A stretch of 64,000 nucleotides of DNA from assembly GCA_964016885.1 (NCBI GenBank), contig OZ024765.1:10726001-10790000 (forward strand). Reading direction: 5' to 3'. The notes under the pieces were generated by a model that did no database searches, was not told the origin of the DNA, and worked only from the letters and a program-made list of their open reading frames with translations. The position numbers and the translations under genes were made by a program. Source of the stretch: Eledone cirrhosa (lineage: Eukaryota). Shown in pieces: positions 1 through 13,700 of the stretch; the first letter of the stretch is position 1, and each line of letters begins with the position of its first letter.

Positions 1-78
1 GAGAGATGCTGTGCTGAATAAGACCCGTCCCACCCTTTCAAGCAGGGAAGAGCGGATGTAAAATGATGATGATGATGA
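1..78 (+). mobile_element. 3' end of an RTE-type LINE with (GAT)n tail
   Basis: acccgtcccaccc...gcagggaagagcggatgtaaaatgatgatg. The same tail follows RTE-like coding fragments elsewhere in the window (2807-3055, 58555-58915). Confidence 0.6.
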
Positions 79-114
79 TATATATACACATAATTTCAGT
101 TTGTCTAGTTCAAT

Positions 115-542
115 ACATTTATATACATATATCAATGTGTATGTGTGTGTATATATCTATGTGTATGTGTGTGTATATCTATGTGTATGTGTGTGTATAT
201 ATATCTATGTATATGTGTGTATATATATCCATATGTGTGTGTGTGTAAATATGCTTATTTATATGTATGTATATATGTGTGTGTGTGAGTGTATATATAT
301 GTGTGTGAGTGTATATATATATGTGTGAGTGTATATATATGTGTGTGAGTGTATATATATGTGTGTATGTGAGTGTATATATATGTGTGTGTGAGTGTAT
401 ATATATATTCGTGTGTGTGTATTGATATATATATGTGTACATGTGTGTATTGATGTGTGTGTGTGTGTATTGATCTTGCAGTTTTTAAAAGTGGTATGAT
501 AACCTGTTTATTGTATCACATCAACAACATAGCTAAGTATAG

Positions 543-584
<42 letters not shown>

Positions 585-622
585 CTCTCTCTCTCTCTCT
601 CTCTCATTCTCTCTCTCTCTCT

Positions 623-698
<76 letters not shown>

Positions 699-1062
699 CT
701 CTCTCTCTCTCTCTCATTCTCTCTCTCTCTCTCTCTCTCTCTTACTCTCTCTTTCACACTCTCTCATACTCTCTCTCTCTCATACTCTCTCTCTCTCATA
801 CTCTCTCTCTCTCATACTCCCTCTCTCACACACTCTCACTCACACACTCTCATACTCTCTCTCACACTCTCTATCTCATATACTCTCTCTCTCATTCTCC
901 ACCCTCTCTCTCATTCTCTCTCTCATACTCTCTCTCTCTCATACTCTCTCTCTCTCTCATATTCTCTCTCTCCCATACACTCTCTCTCTCATACACACAT
1001 TCACACTCTCTCTCTCACACACACACTCACACTCTCTCTCTCACACACACACTATCTGTTTC

Positions 1063-1116
<54 letters not shown>

Positions 1117-2396
1117 TCTCTCTCACTATCTCTCTCTGAATTTCTATTTCACCATTTCATTTTTCTGTCTCCCCACCCCCACGTCTTTGTATTATTAGAG
1201 TCGGACGCCATGCTTTGCAGCATAGAGTTACGCCCCTTTACGGTCTAAGTTCAAATCCCGCCGAGGTTAACTTTACTTTTCATCCTTACGGGGTCGATAA
1301 AATAAAGTGCCAGTACGTGTGTGTGTGTGTGATACAGAGACGTGTGTGTGTGATACAGAGACGTGTGTGTGTGTGTGATACAGAGATGTGTGTGTGTGTG
1401 ATACAGATGCGTGTGTGTGTGGGGTGACATCGTGTGTATTATATTGTGAGTGTAAGTGTGATATTTTGTGTGTGTGATTGTGATATCATGTGTGTCTATG
1501 TGATATTGTGAGTGTATGTGGGATATGATATCATCTGTGTATGTGTGATATCATGTATGTGTGATACCTTATATGTGTGATATCTTATATGTGTGATATC
1601 ATATATGTGTGATATTATGTATGTATGTGATATTGTATTATCATGTGTGTATGGTTGATATCATGTGTGATACCATGTGTGTATGTGATATTGTGATATC
1701 GTGTGTGTGTGTGTGTGTGTGTTGGCACCTCCAGTGCAGTTGCATGACCAGTCACATGACTCATCACATGACTGCTGTTATGACACCAACATCTTCTGCA
1801 GTTATTTCAGCAAACCAAAACACTACCACCACCACCACGTACACCACTATCATTATCACCATACACCACCACTACCTCCACTGTCGCTACCACCACCACC
1901 ACCACGTACACCACTATCATTATCACCATCACCATAACTACCACTACAGACACCACCACTACCACTACTGTCAGCACCACCACCATCATCACTATACCAC
2001 CACCACCACCATCACTATCACCACCACTGTTGCTACCACCACCACCACCACCACCACCACCACGTACACCACTATCATTATCACCATCACCATAATCATA
2101 ACTACCACTACATACGCCACCACTACCACCACCACCACCACCACCACTGTCACCACCATCGCCACCACCATCACCACCACTGTCACCACCATCGCCACCG
2201 CCACCACCACCACTGTCACCATCATCACCACTACCAGCACCTACACGATCACTACCACCACTACTGTCACCACCACCACCACCACCACCATCACATACAC
2301 CACCACCTTACTATCACTAGTGTCTCTAATGGTAACCACTCATACACACGCTCACAGGTGTATCTACATTTATATATGTGTGTGTGTATATGTGTA

Positions 2397-2427
<31 letters not shown>

Positions 2428-2613
2428 ATATATACACATATATACACTGCATACTGAAGTATTGGTAACTAACCAACACTCAAATTTGTATATATGTGTA
2501 TATATATATATGTGTGTGTGTGTATATATATATATACTTGTATATATATATATGTATAAGTATAAACATACACACAGACATATATATATGTGTGCATATA
2601 CACACACATATAT

Positions 2614-2640
<27 letters not shown>
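115..2640. repeat. Compound microsatellite/low-complexity tract: (TA/TG)n, (CT)n, (CAC)n
   Basis: Simple repeats are directly visible. A SINE fragment lies at ~1195-1315. Confidence 0.95.
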
Positions 2641-2644
<4 letters not shown>

Positions 2645-2743
2645 CCGTTTTACGTCCGTTCTTCCACGCTAGCATGGGTTAGACGGGTTGTCCTGTTGTG
2701 GGCAGTGTCTGGTCGGCTGACCATGCCTTGCTCATACAGGAAC

Positions 2744-2777
<34 letters not shown>

Positions 2778-2806
2778 CATACTTATGTATATATATATAT
2801 ATATAT

Positions 2807-3055
2807 ACTGCATTGGTATGGCCATGTGATGCACATGGAAGATGACCGCTGGGTGAAGAAGTACTAGGTTATCGCAGTGGAAGGAAAAAGCAGTAGAGGA
2901 AGACCGCAGAAGTCATGGGTGGAGGTGGTAAGAACTGACCTCAGGACACTGAAGCTCACAGAGGAGATAATGGAGGACTGTGAAACAAATGGAGAGATTC
3001 TGTGCTGAAGAGGACCTGTTCCACCCTTGTAAGCAGGGAAAGGCGGACATAAAAA
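2807..3055 (+). mobile_element. RTE-clade LINE 3' fragment (degraded)
   Basis: Translates as LHWYGHVMHMEDDRWVKKY*VIAVEGKSSRGRPQKSWVEVV, the RTE C-terminal WxGHVxRM...RGRPxxxW motif. Confidence 0.8.
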
Positions 3056-3238
3056 AATAATTGTTTCTACTTTAGGCACAAGGCCAGCAATAACCCAGTG
3101 CATTACTGGTACTTTATTTTATCGACCCCTTAAGGATGAAAGGCAAAGTCAACCTCGGTGGGATTTGAACTCAGATCGTAAAGGGACGTAACTATGCTTC
3201 AAAGCATGGTGTCCGACCCTCCACCGATACTGCCAATT
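3056..3238 (-). mobile_element. tRNA-derived SINE family 1 copy
   Basis: Reverse complement of the family consensus tggcagtatcggtagag...gagttcaaatccc...gaggttgactttgcctttcatcctt..ggggtcgataaaataaagtaccagtaatgcactggg...agtagaaacaatt. Confidence 0.85.
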
Positions 3239-4285
3239 CAGTAAAAAAATAATGATGATTGTTGTGAAAATTTACTTGTGGACGGATCATTGGGAAAATA
3301 TATGGAGTGAAACTATTTTGGGCCTAATGGTCAACAAGGCTTGTTTATGTGGTGTACGCTGATATGTGGTCTAGTGAATTAAACCAGTAGAGGGAAAACT
3401 GTGGAAGCCCATCCTATATAGTGCAGCTTCTGAAAGACTGAATGATATAAAACAAAAATAACTTTTACAAACACGTTTTTTATTTTGTTTATTATTTTAT
3501 TTGGAAATCTAAACTATAATAAAGTAAGGAGTGGGGGACTGCATCCAGAATATATTTTTTTATAAAAGAGGAAAAAGATTTCGACGTGTTGGGCTTTAGC
3601 CTTTCTTCAGGAATACAAAAATAGAGCCAGGATTACAAAGGATAGATAGAGAGAATCATAAATATAATAAAGGGAGGAGTGGGGGGACTGCGTCCAGAAT
3701 ATATTTTTTTATCCAGTTTGTAAAATAAGTTGGATTACTTTGAATAAATAATGAATGAATATTACATAATTTATCTACTAAATTTCGTGGCTGTTCATTA
3801 AATATATTTTATTACTTATTTAAAGATTCACTTCGTTAAAATTTTCAAATGTCAACACTTCCGGTTAGCGATCGCTTAAATAAACATTCATATATTTCCG
3901 TCACTAGTTTTCTCCTAATGCAGTTTATATATAATATCATCTATTTTTAATGTATCATGGATTACGTTACTGATTACATAAGACAGTGTAACACAGTCTT
4001 CGTTCACTTTCTGTGTATATTGTCAATTATGATTTTATTTGATGTATCATATCTACATGCATATATACCTGCATATAATATCAATATACACACTACACAT
4101 GCTAGCAGAAAACCACACGAAGGGTGGTTTTACTGCTAGTATAAGCAATGGATTTTTTTCAGTATTATGTGTCAAAAACAAGGGATGCTCTATAACCTAC
4201 AAAAAATAAAATAAAAAAGATTGAAAACTAACAAGTTTTTTAATGGCCACCCTGTATTTTAGTGTGTGTGTGTGTGTGGCTGTAT

Positions 4286-5537
4286 AATAATAATAATAAT
4301 AATGAAATTATTGTGTACAGTGCTCAGGTGCACTACAACTCATCAAAGGTGCATGTATAGTACATAGAATAATGTACAAATGTCAGGAAAATAAACAGTG
4401 TATGAGTCATGATATAATAACAATAACGAAATATTGTGCACAGTGCCCAGGTGCACCACAACTCATCAAAAAAGTGCATGTACAGTACATAGGGCAATGC
4501 ACAAACATCAGTAAAATGAACAGTGCACGAGTCATGATACACACGTGTGCATGTGTATGGAAGGGGTACATCAGGTGTAGTTTTGGCGTATTTTGGGAAG
4601 CATGAGTGTCTTAAAGGATGCAGTGTCTCGGCAGCTAACAATTGACGCAGGCAGTTTGTTCCATGCTTCAGCAACTCTGAGCGTGAAAAAATGTCTGCGA
4701 AAGTCATGGGAGCTGTGCTGTTTTCTTATCTTGTAGGCATGTCCACGTGTGTTAGACACATGGAGATCAAAGAGACGCTCAGGGTTGCAGTTGGCGAGAT
4801 GGTTAAAAACTTTGTGGGTATTCACCAAGTCCATTGCCAGACGTCGGAGCTTCAATGAATCCATGCCCAGGGAAGCAAGGCGTTCAGAGTATGGTAGGTG
4901 TCTGATGGAGGGTATGCGCTTGGTTGCACGTCTCTGAACAGTTTCCAGGAGGTCAATGTTCCGAGCAAGATAGGGGTTCCAGACTGATGATGCGAATTCC
5001 AAGTGTGGTCGCACCATAGCTGTATACAGTTTTAAATAGATGGCTGGAGAGCGGCTAACAAAGGTCTTGCTGAGTGATGCCAAGACACCCTCGGCCTTCT
5101 TGACAATCTTAGAGACATGCTTTGTCCAACGCAAATCGTTGCTGACAGTAATGCCCAGGTCACGTTCACAAGAGGACTTTTTGATGTCAGTATTGTGGAG
5201 GGAGTATGTGGACGCTGGATTTTTCCTTCCAAAATGCATGGTGGTACACTTGTCCACAGCCAGCTTCAGTTGCCAGTCTGTGATCCATTGCTGCATTGTG
5301 TCCAGGTCTGATTGTAGGAAAGAGTTGTAAATTTCAGGATCAGTCCTTTTGATTTCAAGGTACAGCTTGATGTCATCTGCATATTTTAGTACCGTGGCAT
5401 TCTGTAAGTTGGCATCTATGTCATTAATATATGCCACAAACAAAAGAGGACCAAGAACAGATCCCTGTGGTACACCAGATGACATCTCATATGGTGAAGA
5501 ATGCTCATATGGTGAAGAATGCTCATATGGTGAAGAA
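4286..5537 (-). mobile_element. 5'-truncated CR1-clade LINE: RT C-terminus, 3' UTR and (TTA)n tail
   Basis: Uninterrupted frame from ~5490 to the stop at 4571 with GVPQGSVLGPLLF...YADD...RPHLEF...VQRRAT...TRGH...FFTLRV..WN.LP. TGTAT flanks both sides (4281-4285, 5538-5542), and an empty-site-like sequence exists at ~6753-6790. Confidence 0.92.
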
Positions 5538-6063
5538 TGTATCTGTGTTGGCATATGTGCCTGTGAGTTTGTATATGTGTGTGTGTATGTGGGTGGTGTG
5601 GGTATTTTACTATGCTTGTGTGTTGGTGTTATATATTTGTATTTGTGTAAGCCTATATGTATGTTTATATTAATATATATATATATATACACACACATAC
5701 ATATAGGAACACATACAGTAACACAAATGTTTATATACACACACATACATATAGGAAACATACAGTAACACAAATGTTTATATACACACACATACATATA
5801 GGAACACATACAGTAACACAAATGTTTATATACACACACATACATATAGGAAACATACAGTAACACAAATGTTTATATACACACACACATATATATATAT
5901 GAGAATAAACGTGCTGCGGAGTTGCAAATGGGTTACATATGAATAAAGTGGTCCTTCATCAGTGATCTTCCATAATGATACATGACATACCCTAATGGTT
6001 AAATCTTGATTAAATCCTTGATTAAATCTTAACCATTTAACATGTCAGGGTATGTCATGTATC

Positions 6064-6126
6064 ATTATATTTTGTCTGATGAGGATGTACTGTTGTACAT
6101 CCGAAATATGTATAATAAAATGTAAT
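6064..6126 (+). ncRNA. Minimal type-I hammerhead ribozyme motif (Penelope-like-element type)
   Basis: Stem I attatattttgt/ataaaatgtaat; core CTGATGA (6076-6082); perfect stem II GGATGTAC-tgtt-GTACATCC; GAAA; tiny stem III T-atgt-A; cleavage triplet ATA. Confidence 0.75.
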
Positions 6127-6160
6127 TGATCAAAAGAACATCTATTTTATTAATACTTAT

Positions 6161-6663
6161 ATGCGTATGAAGGCTGACAGCTGCATAAAAAGGTGCAGAG
6201 CACTAGAAGTCGATGGAAACCGCGGAGTGGGGAGACCCAAGATGACCTGGGATGAGGTGATAAAAGCCGACCTTACCCAATTACACCTCTCAAAGGCAAT
6301 GACACACGACTGTGACCTCTGGCGTCACGCAGTAATACAGAGTACCCGACCTCCCATGGGTACAAGCCAAAGCTGAAGCATATAGACAATATGCCCCCAC
6401 ACCCTCCCACTGCAAGGTGGTCGTGCAGGTGCCACGGCAAAAAAGCACCCAGCCCACACTGTAAAGTGGACGTGTAGGCGCCACGAAAAAGCACCCAGCA
6501 CTCACTGTAAATGAGGTTGGTGTTAGGAAGGGCATCCAGCTGTAGAAATCGAGCCAAATCAGTTCCTGTATGAGCAAGGCATGGTCAGCCGACCAGACAC
6601 TGCCCACAACAGGACAACCCGTCTTCTAACCCATGGTAGCGTGGAAGAACGGACGTAAAACGG

Positions 6664-6690
<27 letters not shown>
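6161..6690 (+). mobile_element. RTE-clade LINE 3' fragment with 3' UTR and (GAT)n tail
   Basis: MRMKADSCIKRCRALEVDGNRGVGRPKMTWDEVIKADL...DLWRHAV, then a UTR containing gttaggaagggcatccagctgtag and a gatgat tail. A near-identical copy lies at 44321-44758. Confidence 0.82.
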
Positions 6691-6694
<4 letters not shown>

Positions 6695-6700
6695 ATAATA

Positions 6701-6750
<50 letters not shown>

Positions 6751-6834
6751 TATGTGTGGCTGTATCTGTGTTGGCATATGTGGCCGTGAGTTCATATATA
6801 TATGTGTGTATAGTGTTTACATAAATATATATAT

Positions 6835-6871
<37 letters not shown>

Positions 6872-6901
6872 GGAACACATGCAGAGACACAAATGGTTAT
6901 A

Positions 6902-6933
<32 letters not shown>

Positions 6934-7109
6934 GTGTGTGTGTGTGTGTAAGCTGTTATCTTATAAGGAAATACTGCTGCAGTTACCACAATCAATGCTG
7001 TCTGATTATAAGTTTGTGTGTACTAGGTACGGCCTTCCTCCACCAGCCACTCCACTCCCACCAGAACCACCAGTTATTAATTGTCTGTCAGATTGTTATT
7101 TGGGATACA

Positions 7110-7690
7110 TACCCCCTTCAGTCTCTCTCTCCCTCTCTTTCCCCCACAATCTCTCCCTCTCTTTCCCCTCTATCTTTCCCCCTCTATCTCTCACCATCCC
7201 CCTCTCTTTTTCCCCCTCTCCCTCTTTTTCCCCCTCTATCTCTCCCTCTCTTTCCCCTCTCCCTCTCTTTCCCCTCTCTCTCTTTCCCCCCCTATCTCTC
7301 CCCATCCCCTCTCCCCCACTATCTCTCCCCCTCTCCCTCTCGTTCCCCCACTGTCTCCCCCCTCTCCCCCTAGTTCCCCCACTGTCTCTCCCCCTCTCCC
7401 TCTCGTCCCCCCACTGTCTCTCCCCCTCTCCCTCTCGTTCCCCCACTGTCTCCCCCCTCTCCCCCTCGTTCCCCCACTGTCTCCCCCCTCTCCCCCTCGT
7501 TCCCTCACTGTCTCTCCCCCTCTCCCTCTCGTCCCCCCTCTATCTCTCACCCTCTCCCTCTCGTTCCCCCTCTATCTCTCACCCCCTCTATCTCTCACCC
7601 CCTCTCCCTCTCTTTCCCCCTCTATCTCTCACCTCCTCTCCCTCTCTTTCCCACACCATCTCGCCCTCTCTTCCCCCCTCTATTTCCATT
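7110..7690. repeat. Polypyrimidine (C/T-rich) low-complexity tract
   Basis: Degenerate ccctctccctctcgttcccccactgtct repeats. Confidence 0.9.
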
Positions 7691-7796
7691 CTTCAATGGT
7701 CACCCAGGAGAGATCATGTGACAAGTCAAGTCTTTGTTAGTTTAGGTGGTCACGAGACGTGGTGGTATCTCATCGGAAGCTTCTCGGGTGTTTTCA

Positions 7797-10700
7797 CCCT
7801 TTAGCATTAAAACCCGGCCGTATCCAACCATAATTCTCTTACCTCTCTCTGTTCAAACCGGCTGTAACTGGCCACTCATACTGATGTTAGGGTATTGTTC
7901 TCAAAATAAATAATATCAAAATCTCAGATTCGACAATACGTGAGATATTATGTGAGGTAAAGCCTTTACCATGAAACTACAATACAATAGTATATATAGA
8001 GTAATGTAGATGTTATGTGAGATATTATGTGAGGTAAAGCCTTTACTGTGAAAATACAATAGTATATATAGAGTAATGTAGATGTTATGTGAGGTATTAT
8101 GTGAGGTAAAGCCTTTACTGTGAAAATACAATAGTATATATAGAGTAATGTAGATGTTATGTGAGGTATTATGTGAGGTAAAGCCTTTACTGTGAAAATA
8201 CAATAGTATATATAGAGTAATGTAAATGTTATGTGAGATATTATGTGAGGTAAAGCCTTTACTGTGAAAATACAATAGTATATATAGAGTAATGTAGATG
8301 TTATGTGAGGTATTATGGGAGGTAAAGCCTTTACTGTGAAAATACAATAGTATATATAGAGTAATGTAAATGTTATGTGAGATATTATGTGAGGTAAAGC
8401 CTTTACTGTGAAAATACAATAGTATATATAGAGTAATGTAAATGTTATGTGAGATATTATGTGAGGTAAAGCCTTTACTGTGAAAATACAATAGTATATA
8501 TAGAGTAATGTAAATGTTATGTGAGATATTATGTGAGGTAAAGCCTTTACTGTGAAAATACAATAGTATATATAGAGTAATGTAGATGTTATGTGAGATA
8601 TTATGTGAGGTAAAGCCTTTACTGTGAAAATACAATAGTATATATAGAGTAATGTAAATGTTATGTGAGATATTATGTGAGGTAAAGCCTTTACTGTGAA
8701 AATACAATAGTATATATAGAGTAATGTAAATGTTATGTGAGATATTATGTGAGGTAAAGCCTTTACTGTGAAAATACAATAGTATATATAGAGTAATGTA
8801 AATGTTATGTGAGATATTATGTGAGGTAAAGCCTTTACTGTGAATATACTATAGTATATATAGAGTAATGTAAATGTTATGTGAGATATTATGTGAGGTA
8901 AAGCCTTTACCATGAAACTACAATACAATAGTATATATAGAGTAATGTAAATGTTATGTGAGATATTATGTGAGTTAAAGCCTTTACCATGAAACTACAA
9001 TATAATAGTATATATAGAGTAATGTAAATGTTATGTGAGATATTATGTGAGGTAAAGCCTTTACCATGAAACTACAATATAATAGTATATATAGAGTAAT
9101 GTAAATGTTATGTGAGATATTATGTGAGGTAAAGCCTTTACCATGAAACTACAATACAATAGTATATATAGAGTAATGTAAATGTTATGTGAGATATTAT
9201 GTGAGGTAAAGCCTTTACCATGAAACTACAATATAATAGTATATATAGAGTAATGTAAATGTTATGTGAGATATTATGTGAGGTAAAGCCTTTACCATGA
9301 AACTACAATATAATAGTATATATAGAGTAATGTAAATGTTATGAGATATTATGTGAGGTAAAGCCTTTACCATGAAAATATAATAGTACATATAGAGTAA
9401 TGTAAATGTTATGAGGTATTATGTGAGGTAAAGCCTTTACCATGAAACTACAATATAATAGTATATATAGAGTAATGTAAATGTTACGTGAGATATTATG
9501 TGAGGTAAAGCCTTTACCATGAAACTACAATACAATAGTATATATAGAGTAATGTAAATGTTATGTGAGATATTATGTGAGGTAAAGCCTTTACCATGAA
9601 ACTACAATACAATAGTATATATAGAGTAATGTAAATGTTATGTGAGATATTATGTGAGGTAAAGCCTTTACCATGAAACTACAATACAATAGTATATATA
9701 GAGTAATGTAAATGTTATGTGAGATATTATGTGAGGTAAAGCCTTTACCATGAAACTACAATACAATAGTATATATAGAGTAATGTAAATGTTATGTGAG
9801 ATATTATGTGAGGTAAAGCCTTTACCATGAAACTACAATACAATAGTATATATAGAGTAATGTAAATGTTATGTGAGATATTATGTGAGGTAAAGCCTTT
9901 ACCATGAAACTACAATACAATAGTATATATAGAGTAATATAAATGTTATGTGAGATATTATGTGAGGTAAAGCCTTTACCATGAAACTACAATACAATAG
10001 TATATATAGAGTAATGTAAATGTTATGTGAGATATTATGTGAGGTAAAGCCTTTACCATGAAACTACAATACAATAGTATATATAGAGTAATGTAAATGT
10101 TATGAGATATTATGTGAGGTAAAGCCTTTACCATGAAACTACAATACAATAGTATATATAGAGTAATGTAGATGTTATGTGAGATATTATGTGAGGTAAA
10201 GCCTTTACCATGAAACTACAATACAATAGTATATATAGAGTAATGTAGATGTTATGTGAGATATTATGTGAGGTAAAGCCTTTACCATGAAACTACAATA
10301 CAATAGTATATATAGAGTAATGTAAATGTTATGTGACATATTATGTGAGGTAAAGCCTTTACCATGAAACTACAATACAATAGTATATATAGAGTAATGT
10401 AGATGTTATGTGAGATATTATGTGAGGTAAAGCCTTTACCATGAAACTACAATACAATAGTATATATAGAGTAATGTAAATGTTATGTGAGATATTATGT
10501 GAGGTAAAGCCTTTACCATGAAACTACAATACAATAGTATATATAGAGTAATGTAGATGTTATGTGAGATATTATGTGAGGTAAAGCCTTTACCATGAAA
10601 CTACAATACAATAGTATATATAGAGTAATGTAAATGTTATGTGAGATATTATGTGAGGTAAAGCCTTTACCATGAAACTACAATACAATAGTATATATAG

Positions 10701-13700
10701 AGTAATGTAGATGTTATGTGAGATATTATGTGAGGTAAAGCCTTTACCATGAAACTACAATACAATAGTATATATAGAGTAATGTAAATGTTGTGAGATA
10801 TTATGTGAGGTAAAGCCTTTACCATGAAACTACAATACAATAGTATATATAGAGTAATGTAAATGTTATGTGAGATATTATGTGAGGTAAAGCCTTTACC
10901 ATGAAACTACAATACAATAGTATATATAGAGTAATGTAGATGTTATGTGAGATATTATGTGAGGTAAAGCCTTTACTGTGAAAATACAATAGTATATATA
11001 GAGTAATGTAGATGTTATGTGAGGTATTATGTGAGGTAAAGCCTTTACTGTGAAAATACAATAGTATATATAGAGTAATGTAAATGTTATGTGAGATATT
11101 ATGTGAGGTAAAGCCTTTACTGTGAAAATACAATAGTATATATAGAGTAATGTAGATGTTATGTGAGGTATTATGGGAGGTAAAGCCTTTACTGTGAAAA
11201 TACAATAGTATATATAGAGTAATGTAAATGTTATGTGAGATATTATGTGAGGTAAAGCCTTTACTGTGAAAATACAATAGTATATATAGAGTAATGTAAA
11301 TGTTATGTGAGATATTATGTGAGGTAAAGCCTTTACTGTGAAAATACAATAGTATATATAGAGTAATGTAAATGTTATGTGAGATATTATGTGAGGTAAA
11401 GCCTTTACTGTGAAAATACAATAGTATATATAGAGTAATGTAGATGTTATGTGAGATATTATGTGAGGTAAAGCCTTTACTGTGAAAATACAATAGTATA
11501 TATAGAGTAATGTAAATGTTATGTGAGATATTATGTGAGGTAAAGCCTTTACTGTGAAAATACAATAGTATATATAGAGTAATGTAAATGTTATGTGAGA
11601 TATTATGTGAGGTAAAGCCTTTACTGTGAAAATACAATAGTATATATAGAGTAATGTAAATGTTATGTGAGATATTATGTGAGGTAAAGCCTTTACTGTG
11701 AATATACTATAGTATATATAGAGTAATGTAAATGTTATGTGAGATATTATGTGAGGTAAAGCCTTTACCATGAAACTACAATACAATAGTATATATAGAG
11801 TAATGTAAATGTTATGTGAGATATTATGTGAGTTAAAGCCTTTACCATGAAACTACAATATAATAGTATATATAGAGTAATGTAAATGTTATGTGAGATA
11901 TTATGTGAGGTAAAGCCTTTACCATGAAACTACAATATAATAGTATATATAGAGTAATGTAAATGTTATGTGAGATATTATGTGAGGTAAAGCCTTTACC
12001 ATGAAACTACAATACAATAGTATATATAGAGTAATGTAAATGTTATGTGAGATATTATGTGAGGTAAAGCCTTTACCATGAAACTACAATATAATAGTAT
12101 ATATAGAGTAATGTAAATGTTATGTGAGATATTATGTGAGGTAAAGCCTTTACCATGAAACTACAATATAATAGTATATATAGAGTAATGTAAATGTTAT
12201 GAGATATTATGTGAGGTAAAGCCTTTACCATGAAAATATAATAGTACATATAGAGTAATGTAAATGTTATGAGGTATTATGTGAGGTAAAGCCTTTACCA
12301 TGAAACTACAATATAATAGTATATATAGAGTAATGTAAATGTTACGTGAGATATTATGTGAGGTAAAGCCTTTACCATGAAACTACAATACAATAGTATA
12401 TATAGAGTAATGTAAATGTTATGTGAGATATTATGTGAGGTAAAGCCTTTACCATGAAACTACAATACAATAGTATATATAGAGTAATGTAAATGTTATG
12501 TGAGATATTATGTGAGGTAAAGCCTTTACCATGAAACTACAATACAATAGTATATATAGAGTAATGTAAATGTTATGTGAGATATTATGTGAGGTAAAGC
12601 CTTTACCATGAAACTACAATACAATAGTATATATAGAGTAATGTAAATGTTATGTGAGATATTATGTGAGGTAAAGCCTTTACCATGAAACTACAATACA
12701 ATAGTATATATAGAGTAATGTAAATGTTATGTGAGATATTATGTGAGGTAAAGCCTTTACCATGAAACTACAATACAATAGTATATATAGAGTAATATAA
12801 ATGTTATGTGAGATATTATGTGAGGTAAAGCCTTTACCATGAAACTACAATACAATAGTATATATAGAGTAATGTAAATGTTATGTGAGATATTATGTGA
12901 GGTAAAGCCTTTACCATGAAACTACAATACAATAGTATATATAGAGTAATGTAAATGTTATGAGATATTATGTGAGGTAAAGCCTTTACCATGAAACTAC
13001 AATACAATAGTATATATAGAGTAATGTAGATGTTATGTGAGATATTATGTGAGGTAAAGCCTTTACCATGAAACTACAATACAATAGTATATATAGAGTA
13101 ATGTAGATGTTATGTGAGATATTATGTGAGGTAAAGCCTTTACCATGAAACTACAATACAATAGTATATATAGAGTAATGTAAATGTTATGTGACATATT
13201 ATGTGAGGTAAAGCCTTTACCATGAAACTACAATACAATAGTATATATAGAGTAATGTAGATGTTATGTGAGATATTATGTGAGGTAAAGCCTTTACCAT
13301 GAAACTACAATACAATAGTATATATAGAGTAATGTAAATGTTATGTGAGATATTATGTGAGGTAAAGCCTTTACCATGAAACTACAATACAATAGTATAT
13401 ATAGAGTAATGTAGATGTTATGTGAGATATTATGTGAGGTAAAGCCTTTACCATGAAACTACAATACAATAGTATATATAGAGTAATGTAAATGTTATGT
13501 GAGATATTATGTGAGGTAAAGCCTTTACCATGAAACTACAATACAATAGTATATATAGAGTAATGTAGATGTTATGTGAGATATTATGTGAGGTAAAGCC
13601 TTTACCATGAAACTACAATACAATAGTATATATAGAGTAATGTAAATGTTGTGAGATATTATGTGAGGTAAAGCCTTTACCATGAAACTACAATACAATA

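Noticed and set aside
482-493. Possible 12-nt microexon ttgcag|TTTTTAAAAGTG|gtatga (FLKV)
   Set aside because: It would insert into the conserved GNE|RF junction, has no polypyrimidine tract and has no other support.
63-2845. Many overlapping ORFs rich in YI/CV/SL/T/H (also 26333-27221, 59034-59976, 62309-63156)
   Set aside because: Microsatellite translations; only the short exons listed separately are supported.
3575-3615. Minus-strand CTGAAGA...GTCGAAA as a hammerhead
   Set aside because: Stem II ends do not pair and stems I and III cannot be drawn; at most a decayed Penelope-like remnant.
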